DNA of 64,000 nucleotides from Felis catus (taxonomy: Eukaryota): the NCBI RefSeq assembly GCF_018350175.1, contig NC_058369.1, positions 12,030,001 through 12,094,000 of the forward strand, in the 5' to 3' direction. Both the position numbers and the translations under genes were made by a program. A model generated the notes under the pieces. That model saw nothing but the letters and a program-made list of their open reading frames with translations, did no database searches and was not told the origin of the DNA. This document shows, piece by piece, positions 47,801-59,300 of this stretch. Positions within the stretch are counted from its first letter, which is position 1. Each line of letters starts with the position of its first letter.

Positions 47801-50800
47801 GTCTCCAGTGGCTCTTGCCCCTCATCTGAGTCACTTGTAGCTCAGAGGCAAAGGGTGAACGTTCACAGCAGGGATTGAAGAGAAGCTCAGATGGGGCCCT
47901 AGCCAGACTGGGAGTGACTGTCAGGGAGGAGAGGAGAGAGGGACCCTCGGGAGTGGAGATGCAGGGCTTCTGGCCAGGCCCCCGGAGGACGCCCGCACTG
48001 CCTGCAGCCCGCGACTTGCCTCACGGGCAGCCGTCGCTGTCCTGCCGCGGCCCCTGAGTCTGAGGTCGTGTCTGTGGCATGTCGCCAAGCCTGGAACGTG
48101 GGTAGATGCAGCTTGTGGGCAAGAGGGCTGTTGGTTCTGGGCCCTGGGGCGTGAAGGACAAGCGGGTTTGTGCGGGCGGTCCCCCTCCCGCGTCTCAGCC
48201 CCCCGCCGCCCCCGCCCAGGTGTTTTCAGAGTACTTCAAGGAGCTGGAGGAGGAGAGCATCCGAGACAACTTCGTCATCATCTACGAGCTGCTGGACGAG
48301 CTCATGGACTTCGGCTACCCCCAGACCACCGACAGCAAGATCCTGCAGGAGTGAGTGGGTGCGGTGGGGACCCAGGCTTGGGGCTGGGGGAAGCGAGCGT
48401 GCCTTCACGCCCTGTGCCGCCACCCTGTCTCCTTGCCTTTGTGGTTTCTGTTGGGCGGTTTTGGATTCTTGGCCGCTCCGCGTCCCTGCACAACGTGAGC
48501 ATTGTTCAGGGCGGTGCACTGGATGCCTGGTTATCAGGGAGTCACCGCCTTTGTTTCCGCTCACGTAACTGAGGCCGAGAGAGAAACGCGTCCTTCTTCG
48601 CCATCCTGCCCTTTACACCGGGGCCCACGGATCAAGCACTTTCCGTGAACCCGGCCCCACGGGAGCGGCTCCCCTTTTCTCCGTTCTCCGTCAGAGGCGC
48701 CGCTCCCCATTTACACGGGGCAAGGGTTACTCAGAGAACTGGCCCTCGTCTGCATCTCGTGCGTTGTTCCCCGCGGGGGTCGGGGTCGCCAGCTCCCCTC
48801 CAGGGACTCAGTCCTCTCTGCACCTGGCCGTGGCACCTGGCGCACACTGCCTGTGGTCCCGCCCGTGCCGGCTCCTTGCCCCTCCCCCACCCCGGCCTAA
48901 GTGAGCGCTCTGTGCTCATGGTCACTTGAGTTTTTTTGGGCTTTTTGGAAATCCTGACATTCTTGTGTTAAACGGCCCAGGTGAAACTGGAGCCTGCCAC
49001 CGGGAGGGGCTGTTTTCGGAATGTCCGTGCCTGAGCTCCTCAACTCTGGGCCTGGTCCCACAGGTACATCACCCAGGAAGGCCACAAGCTGGAGACGGGG
49101 GCCCCGAGGCCCCCAGCCACCGTCACCAACGCAGTGTCCTGGCGGTCTGAGGGCATCAAGTACCGGAAGAACGAGGTGTTCTTGGACGTCATCGAGTCCG
49201 TCAACCTCTTGGTAGGGCTTCCTCTCCTTTCTTTCCCTCTGGTGGAAAAATGTTGTCTTCTGCACGATTGACGTGAGAACAAGCAGCCTTTGAACAGCAG
49301 CAGAGCCCTGGGAAGCCGTTACTTTCTGGGTGACGGCAGATCCGCAGCAGTCAGGCCGCGGTGCAGCTGGCGCTCGTTCAGGCTTCCTTAGCTTCTGTTC
49401 TTGTCGGGGGTCCACGCAGGGGCCTTGTGGGCGTTGCTGTGGAAAGCAGGGGGGAGGTTGGAAAGCGCAGGGATCCGGATTCAGAAGGACCGCCTCACTC
49501 ACGATCCACGCTGCAAATTCACAAACGCTCGCGGTCCTCCCGTCGCACCGAGAGCAGTCGCGGCTCTCCTGCAGCTGGTTTTCTTAGGTTTCTGTTCTGT
49601 TTGTGCGTGTTTGCTTTTTCCTCTGGTTTTATTTTTTAAGTTCTCACTAAGTCAAATTGACCTTTTTTTCTATTAGTTTTAGCCCACATAGAGATTCTTG
49701 TTCCCCTTTGCCGTAATCAGGATACGTGTCACCTCTAAAACCTCTCTCCTGCCGCCTCTCCACCCCCTGGCAGCCACTGCTCCGGTCGCGTCGCTAGCCA
49801 GTAGGCCCCATGCTCCACGCCGCCTCTCTGCCAGCCCGCGCGGCCTGGGCCCGGGGGTCCTGCTCCTGACTGGCCTCAGAGCGCCACATCCCAGTGCCCG
49901 TGTCGTTCACCTTCACCTCCTCCCATAGGCGTTTTTCGTCTCACCTGTCACAAGAAGGGCGGGTACAGGTATTAGAGAGAGAGCACGAGCGAGCGCAGTC
50001 ACGTACCTTGTGTTACAGTTTGTGGTTATAACTGGCCCATTTGATCTTTGTTGCTCTTCTCTTACTGTGTGTAACTTACGTATTAACCTGTATTACAGAT
50101 ACATACGTTTAGGAGGAAACATAGCACGTGATGAGGGTTCCCAGGCATCCACTGGGGGTCTTGGACCGTCTCTCCTGCAGATAAGGGGGACTCCTCTAGT
50201 GTTGTCTTGTTGAGGTTGTCATATGCGTGGAATCCCAGAGTATGTGACCTTTTCAGTCTGGCTTCTTCCACTAAGCATAATGTCTTTGAGACTTATCCAA
50301 GTTGCTGTGTTTATCAAGAGCTTGTTTCTTCTTCTTCTTCTTTTTTTTAACGTTTATTTATCATTGAGAGAGAGACACACAGAGCGTGAGCAGGGGAGGG
50401 GCAGAGAGAGGGGGAGACACAGAATCCAAAGCAGGCCCCAGGCTCCAAGCTGTGAGCACAGAGCCCGACGCGGGGCTCGAACTCACAAACTGCGGGATCA
50501 TGACCTGAGCCGATGTCAGACGCTTAACCAACTGAGCCACCACCCAGGCGCGCCCCGCCCCGCCTGTTTCTTCTTATATCCATTTGTATTTATTTTATTT
50601 TCGGAACCACACCGTGTTTATCCTTTCACCTCTTGAAAGACTTTTGGGTTGTTTCCAGTGTTGGGCTATTGTGAGTGGAGTTGCTATAAACATTTCGTGT
50701 GCAGGTTTATGTGTAAACGGAAGTTTTTCTTTCTCGAGGGCAAATACCCAGATTGGGATCGCTGAGTCACATGCTAAGCGTACGTTTAACTTTATAAGAA

Positions 50801-53278
50801 ACCGCCAGACCGTCTTCCGGAGTGGCTGCTCCATTTTTGCCTTTTCACCAGCGGTGGATGAGAGTTCTGGTGGTTCCATATCCTCGAGCACTGTTTTGAT
50901 TTTCTGCATCTTAATAGATGTATTGTGCTAGCTCATTGTAGGTATAATTTGCAATTTCCCGATGGCTGATGATGTTAAATGCGTCTCTGTGTGCTGCTTT
51001 GTCATCTGTATTTCATCTTTGGACAAGTGTCTTTTCATGTCTTTTGAGCATTTTTAAATTGGGTTGTTTCTTTTCTGATTGTTGCATTTTGAAAGTTCTT
51101 TATGTATCCTGGATACAAGTCTCTTGTCAGATACGTGATTTGCAGGTATTTTCTCCCAGGCCGTCACTTGTCTTTTCATTCTTTTGGTACAGTGTCTTTC
51201 ACAGGACAAAAGTTTTTAATTTTGAGAAAATCTAATTACCGATCTTTTTGTGCGTGTGCTTTTGGTGCCGCGCTGCCGAACCCAGGGTCATGTAGGTTTT
51301 CTCCTAAATTGTCTTCTAAAAGTTTTCTGGTTTTACATTTAGGTCCATGACCAACTTTGAGTTAAGTTTTATCTAAGCTCTGAGGTTTGTGTCCATTGTG
51401 TGGATGTAGAGCAGTGTTCTGCAATTGTTCCAACATCATTTTTTGAAAAACTACCCCTTTCTCCGTTAAACTGCCGTTGTGTTTTTGTCAAAAATCAGTT
51501 GGCCGTATTTGTGTGAGTCTGCATTCATCTCTATTATCTATTCATTCACCAACACTGCACTGTCTTCGACAACTGTAACTTTATGAAGTCTGAAAAGCAG
51601 GTAATGAGATCCTTCCAGCGTTTTTCTTTTTTCAAAATTGTTTTAGCTATTTAGTTCCTTTGCATAAATTATTAGCATCAGGAGGCATCTGGGTGGCTCA
51701 GTCAGTTGAGTGTCCGACTTTCAATTTTAGCTCAGGTCATGATCTCATGGTTGTGGGATTGAGCCCCACATGGGGCTCTGCACTGACGGCTCAGAGCCTG
51801 CTTGGGATTCTCTCTCTCCCTCTCTCTCTGCCCCTCTCCTGTTTGTACGCATGCACGCTCTGTCTCTCTCAAAATAAATACATATATTTTTAAAAAGTTT
51901 AAAATGTTAGCATCAGCTTGTCTGTGTCTACAAAAAAAATCCTGCTGGATTTTGATTGGGATTTTATTAAATAACTATTAAATAATCAGCGTGGGGAGTG
52001 CCTGAGTGGCTCAGTTGGTTAAGCATCCGACTTCAGCTCAGGTCATGATCTCGCAGTCTGTGAGTTCAACCCCTGATTCAGGCCCTGTGTTGACAGCTCG
52101 GAGCCTGAGCCTGCTTCGATTCTGTATCTCTCTCTCTCTGCCCCTCCCTGCTCACACTGTCTCTCTCCTCTCTTCCACAAATAAACATTAAAAAAATTTT
52201 TTTAATAAATAATCAGTGTGGAAGAGAATTGGTATCATTAGTATATTAAGTCTCACAACCCACAAATGCTGTATGTCTCTCTAGTTAGGTCATCTTTTTT
52301 ATTTTTTTTTAACATTTATTTATTTTTGAGAGACAGAGACAGAGCTTGAGTGGGTAAGGGGCAGAGAGAGAGAGAGGCACAGAATCTGAAACAGGCTGTA
52401 GGGTCTGAGCTGTCAGCACAGAGCCCGACGTGGGGCTCAAACTCATGAACTGTGAGATCATGACCTGAGCCGAAGTTGGACACTTAACCGACTAAGCCAC
52501 CCAGGCACCCCTAGTTAGGTCATCTTTGATTTCATTCATAAACGTTTGGTAATTTTTACCATGTATATGTTATGTTAGAGTTATACTTAAGTATTTCATA
52601 TTTTTGAAAGTATCATAAATTGTATATTTTAGATTTACTTGGTAGAAGTCACTTGTGAAACTATCTGAGCCTAGACATTTCTGTTCCAGAATATTTTTAA
52701 CTACAAATTTCAATCCTGTAATAGTTATAGGATTCTTCAGGTCTTCTGTTTCATCTTGGGTGAGTTTTGGCAGTTTGTTGTTTTTAAGAAGCTGATCTAC
52801 TTCATCAGAGTCATTGAGTTTATGCGTATAGTGTTCTCTGTAGTATTCCCTTACTGTCTTTTTAATGTCTGCAGGGTCGGTGCTGATGTCCCCTCTTTCA
52901 TTCCTGATATCAGTCACTTATGTCATATTTTTTTTCTTTGTCAGTCTTGTGAGAGTTTCATCTATTTTATTGGTGATGAATTGGCTTTTACCAAGAATTG
53001 GCTTTTGATTTCATTGATTTTCCATTTTCAATTTCATTGATTTCTGTTCTTGGCTCTAGTATTTCTTTCTCTGTGATTTGAGTTTGTTTTGCTCTTCTTT
53101 TTCTAGTTTCTTAAGTTGGAAGCGAAGATGCTGATTTGGAATCTTTCTTTTCTAATATAAAGATTTAATGTCGTACATGTCTAAGCAGTGCTTTAGCTAC
53201 GACCCATAATTGGTATGTTAGATTTTCATCTTCAAAATATTTTCAAATTTCCCTTGAGACTTCAGTTTTGACTCATGG

Positions 53279-53318
<40 letters not shown>

Positions 53319-56300
53319 TTTTAATGTTTATTTTTGAGAGAGAGAGAGAGAGAGAGAGGGCATGAGCAGGGGAGGGGCAGAGAGAGAGGGAGACACAGAA
53401 TCCGAAGCAGACTTCAGGCTCTGAGCTGTCAGCACAGAGCCCGACACGAGACTTGAACTCACCAACTGTGAGATCATGACCTGAGCTGAAGTCAGACTCC
53501 TGACTGAGCCACCCAGGCACCCTGACTCATGGATTATTTAATGAAAGTGTGTTAATTTTTAAATGTTTACTTTTCTGTTACCTTATTGTCGTTGTTTTTT
53601 TGTTTTTAATTTAATTACATTATTGTTTAAGAATATACTTTCTATGCGGTGCCTAGGTGACTTAGTCAGTTAAGCGTCTGACTCTTGGTTTCGGCTCAGG
53701 TCATGATCTCATGGTTCGTGAGTTCGGTCTCCATGCTGACGATGTGAAGCCTGCTTGGGATTCTCTCTCTCAAAATAAATAAACTTTAAAATATATAAAT
53801 ATACTTTTTATAATGCCCATTCTTTAAAATTTAAGGTTTGTTTTAGTGACCCAGAATGTGATCTATCTTGCCAAACGTTCCAGGTACACTTGAAAAAAAT
53901 ATATATTTTGCTTTTGTTGGGTGGACTGTTCTGTAATTGCCAATTAAATCCTGTTGGTTGGTGACATTTATTTCTTCTAGCTTTTCTTACTCATTTTCTG
54001 TCCACTAGTTCTACCTATTATTGATAGCGTTAAAAGCCCCAGCTGTTAATTGCAGATTATGTCTTAGCATATTTTGAAGCTATGCTGCTAGGCACAGGCG
54101 CATTTAGGATTCATATGTTTCCTTGGTGAAATGACCCTTTCTTTTATCATTATATAAGGTCCCTCTTTATCCCTGGTAATTTTTTTGCTCTGAAGTCTAT
54201 TTTGCTATTAATATTGTCACTTCAGAGATTATTCCATCAGTGTTTACACACTATGTGTTTTTCTATCCTTTTACTTCTTTTTTTTAATCCTTTTATTTTT
54301 TTGAAGATTTTATTTTTAAGTAATCTCTACATCCAACATGGGGCTTGAACTCATAACTCCAAGATCAAGAGTCACACACTCCACTGACTGAGCCAGCTAG
54401 GTACCCCATCCTTTTATTTTATTTTTTTAAAGTTATTTAAATTCTAGTTAATATACACGGTAATGTCAGTTTCAAGTATACAGTGTAGTGATTCAGTACT
54501 TCCATACATCATCCAGTGCTCAAACTGGGTCATTTTTTAACATCCATTCTGGCGGTCTTTGTCTTTTAATTGATATGTTTAGAGCATTTATACTTACTGT
54601 CACTGTTAATTTGTTAGATTAAAATGTCTGCCATTTTATTGTTTTCTTTTTGTTGCCTCTGTTTTTCATTCCTTTGTTGGTTTTTTTTTCTTCCTATCCT
54701 TCCATGGTCTGTTTGAATGTTTTTAATATTCCATTTCATTTCTTTATGGTGGTTGTTACCATATCTCTTTATATAGTTGTATCTAGTGGTTGCTATAAAA
54801 TGCATACTTACCTGCTTAGAATCAATATTTCACCACTTTACTTGGAATCCAGAAAGTTTCCTACCCCTCAATTCTAGAGCTGTTTTATACATTAATCTAG
54901 ATGCATTGGAAACCACCTCCGACAGTGGTAAGATTTGTTGCTCTCAGTTCTCAAGCATGCTTTAAAGCAGTCAAGACAATAACCCATTTAACTCAGACAT
55001 TTGGCACTTCTGTGGCTCTCCCTCGATTTCCTGACTTTTCCCAGGTTTCCTTCCGGTATCATTTCCCTTCTGCCTAAAAAGCTACTCTTAGCTGTTCTTT
55101 CAGAACAGGTCTACTTTGCTTTTCCTCCATCTGAGAATGTCTTCGTTTCTGCTTCATTCTGAAGGATATTTCAACTGGATACAGGTTCTGGGTTGACAGT
55201 TGTCCTTTGGCTCCTTGAAAATGTTGTGACATTCCCTCCAGGTTCCATGCTTCCTGGTGAGAAATCCACGGTCACTCGAATCCATATTTCCCTGTAGGTA
55301 ACACATTGCTTTTCTCTGGATGCTTTCCAGATTTTTTCTTTGTCTTTAGTTTTCAGCAGATAGATTTGCTGTGTCTGGCTATGGATATCTTTAGGTTTCT
55401 ACTGTTTGGGATTTGTTCATCTTCTTGTATCTGTTTGGTTATGTCTCCTACCAAAATTGGGATGTTTGCAGCCATTGTGTTCTCAAATATGTTTGCCCAG
55501 TGACATGAATATCAGACCTTTAGTCAGTGTCCCAAGGGCCCCTGAGGTGCTGTTTCTTTTATCCCATCTTTTTTTTTTCTCTTTGTTGTTTAGATTGGAT
55601 GCTTCCTTCTGGTCTGTCTTCAAGTTCACTGACCCTTTCCTGTTTTATCTCCATCCTTTTGTTGAGCCCATCCAGCAAGTTTTGTATTTCAGTTACTGCA
55701 TCTTTTAGTTCTAAAATTTCCATTTGATTCTTCTTCCTATAGTCTGCTTCTTTACTGAGACATTCTATTTTAACATTTGTTGCAAGGGTGTTTGTAATTT
55801 TTACATAACTGTTTAAAGTCTTTTGTCAGATAATTCCAACATTTGCATCAGCATTGGCATCTGTTGATTGTATTTTCCGTGTGAGTTAAATTTTCTTGGC
55901 TCTTTGTATGCTGAGTATTTTTAGATTGTATCTTGGACCTTTTTGAATGTTACATTATAAGATTCTAGGTCTTATTTAGATTATACAGAAAATGTCCGTA
56001 TTTGTGTTCGAGCTGACAGTTGGCCTGGTTAGGTTCAGGCCACAAGTTGCAGCCCCCAATTTGTGGGCCGTAAGTATCAGTTCAGTTTTCAAAGCCTTCC
56101 TGCCATTTGCTATTTGAGTTTGTCCGGAGTATGCACTGCCTGGTGGTCTGTCTGGGACTGGGTGGTTTGTTTCTCAGAGTCTTTGGCATGCTAATTAGGA
56201 TCCTAGCTACTCATGCCCAGTTCTAGAGTGCTCTGGAGACACAAATAACTTCATGGGTTTGCTTTCCTGGACTCCTCACTCTCTACTCTCTTTCTGGTAT

Positions 56301-59300
56301 TTGTCAGCTGTTTAGGACTTCCCTTTTGGGTTCTGTGACCAACTGGGGCTCTAGATCCCCACTCTGGCCTGCCTGCCTGCCTGCAGTGGGCCTGAATCCT
56401 GGGTTTGCCCCACCCTCTGGGAACAACAGCTAGGTTGCCTGGGGCCTGGAGGTGAGAGAACAGACAAGGGGGGAATCGGGGGATTTCCATATGCCCTCTA
56501 AGCAGCAGGAGTTCCCCTTCTGGCCCTGAAGCCAGAGCTACAGGCTTCCGCCAGCGTCCCCGGGGCTCACTTCCACTTCCAGGTTTCCTCTGCACTTTCC
56601 CACGGGGCCTGGGTGCCGCGCTTTCAGTGGCTCTTCCCAGATCCACCCACTGTGCCTTTCAGTCTTTGATGATTGCCCATGAACCCTGCCCGTGTGTCGT
56701 CCTTGTAGCCAGTGGCAGGGAAGGGCATACAAGCCGACCCCACGTTACCCGCAGCCTGCTTGTGTTCACTTTGGAGATGATCATGACTGATCAGACCAGT
56801 CCCATCACGCAGCTCACTAGGGTGTGCCCTTTCCAGCTGCCGCAGGCAGTGCAGAAATGAGCCAGCTTGTCCGTCCTCAGATGTGTGTTTGGGGCAGCAT
56901 CCTTACCTGGGCGGGGTTCCTGGAGCGGTGGGTCCTCCGGTGTGGGATTGTTGACGGTGCTTCCCCAAAAAGATTCTCCCAGTGGACTCCGCATAAACAT
57001 ATTTGCCTTTTTACTTTTTAAGTCTTGGAGCAAGACAGTGGCCTCAGTAACCACATGCCCCTCCTGCCTTTGTCTGAATTGTTTATTGAGCCCAGAACAT
57101 GGTCCATCTGGCACTAGAGTGGGCTGGCCTATGAAAGCAGATCTGGGGGAACAGCCTATAAATAGGTTATATGAAAACACTGGCAGTTCGATGGGTGTCC
57201 TGACCACAGTGCACCCAGCATGTGGCTGTGCCTGAAGGACCCTGTTCTTCCGTACACGGGGCAGCACGAGGCAGGTGCAGTTGTCCCAGATGCGCTAGAA
57301 CACCGTCTTCCTGAGTCTGATTGCAGACCCGGCTGCTGAGTCCACACTGGCGTCCAGTTTCCGGTGACCTGGGTGTAACGGTATACTTGAGCAGCTCAGC
57401 AGACATCCCTTCTGCACCCACCCATCCTGGTTGCCGCCTGCAGGGCTGAGATGAGCCTTGGGCCTGCACAGTTCTTCTCCCCTTCCTGAGCCCGCCTTCC
57501 CAGCATTGGTGACCTCACCTGCTCACTTCCAGAGGGCTGTGTAGTCCCTACTCCCCATGCGGGGGGACGGCCCTCCACATCTAGGGGCAGTCACAGTTGG
57601 GAGCATGGGGGGTGCCCAGAGCCCATCCCACCAGCGAGGGCCTACGTTTGCACGTACCTGCTGAGGACCTTCTGCCCCCAGGCACTGTCTTCGTGCTGGA
57701 CCCAGCAGTGAGTGGCCTGACGCACCCCCTCACCAGAGTGGGGACAGAGGTGGACAGGCAGAGCTGACAAGAGGCAGAGGAGGAAGGGGACAGTGAGAGG
57801 CCAGTGTGACCAGAGTATAGTGAGCAGTGAGGCGTTGCAGGGCCTTCGGTCCTGTTTTGTGCCTTTCCCGGGTTGTCGTTTCCCTGGTGCCTCGGTTTTC
57901 CACCTCCTTCAGAGGCAAAGGGCTCTCATGTTTGCCTGTGGTGCTTTCCAGATGCTTGAGTTAAAGGCTGGACAGATTTTCCTCCTCCTCTGTAGAAATA
58001 GGCAACTCGGGCCTTCCAGCACGTGGGTGTGGCTGGCACCTCGGAGGAGCGGCCCTCGTGGCCCCAAGGCCTGTGCATCTGCAGCCCTTGTTCTTGCCTG
58101 TGGGTGTGGACGTGGTGATGTGGGGTGGTCGTCATAGCTGTGGCCCCAGCGCCTCCGCCAGCCATGGTGTGGCCTCTGTTCTGTATCTAAAATGGGCCTG
58201 AGAAGAGGTGTTCCAGCAGCCTGGCTCCCTCAGGACAGCCTCAGGGTTTGCCTGCTGGCCTGTTGTGACTTTCTAATCACTATCTCAGATGCTTCCTGGT
58301 CTGCTCGTGAGCTACAGGGTTGCCCGAAGCATAACTCCGCCATGCAGACTGTTGGAGTGCACGGGGAAGGGCTCAGCCGTTACTCCTCTGACTTTATCTG
58401 GTGCTGTGGATCCATGGTCATCGGACCTCAGGGCAGCCCTGGGGAGCAGCGAGGTGTCAGGACCCGGGAAGCTCCATCTTTAGGAAGTAGCGGATATGGG
58501 GCAGGTGGCCTCCTGAGGCCCCACCTGGAGAAACAGAGATCTCTAGAAAAGCAAGTGTGGCCTGCCTGGAGGAAGGCCAGCCTAGTGGTTGAGCAGGCAC
58601 TGGTAGGGTCCTCGCTCAGCTGTGGCCTGAGGCCTAGAGGGCAGAGCCCACGGGTCGGCCTCTGTGACCCTGGCACAGAGGCTGGAGGGAGGCCGGGATG
58701 GGGAGAAGGGCATCGAGAATTGGGTGGCGGGAGGGTATGAAGCTGGTGAGTGGGGGCCTCCCTTCACGCCCGCCTCGCCGCCCCCCAGGTCAGTGCCAAT
58801 GGCAACGTGCTGCGCAGCGAGATTGTGGGCTCCATCAAGATGCGGGTCTTCCTCTCAGGCATGCCTGAGCTGCGCCTGGGCCTCAACGACAAGGTTCTCT
58901 TCGACAACACGGGCCGTGAGTACCCCCCGCCACCCCCACTGCGTCCCTGTGGCCAGAGCGGGCCTGCGCTGAGCTCACAGCTGAGCTGAGGGAATACCCA
59001 GCTGCGTGGGCCAACGCGTGTACCCCAAGTACTTGCTTTAGAAACGTGTTCAGGTTGTTTACAAGACAACTGTGAAAACTAGTAAATCCATAACTGGGCG
59101 TAGAAAACATAGAAGAGCAGAGATCCCAAAGTCAAGTCCCCTCGTCACCCTATGGGCCAGAGTGCACGGGCGAGCACCTCAGACGTCAAGTGTGGGAAGG
59201 GTCACGCAGGTCCACGACCCTGCCCTACACCATCTTGAAGGGAGCTGCGGGCTCAAGGTCAGGCCTTGCCTTGTTCTCTCCTGTCCTGTGCCAGCTCCCG

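Noticed and set aside
52570..52917. 115-aa ORF similar to L1 ORF2p
   Set aside because: It is a fragment of a heavily degraded, SINE-interrupted L1, with no sign of an active or domesticated gene.
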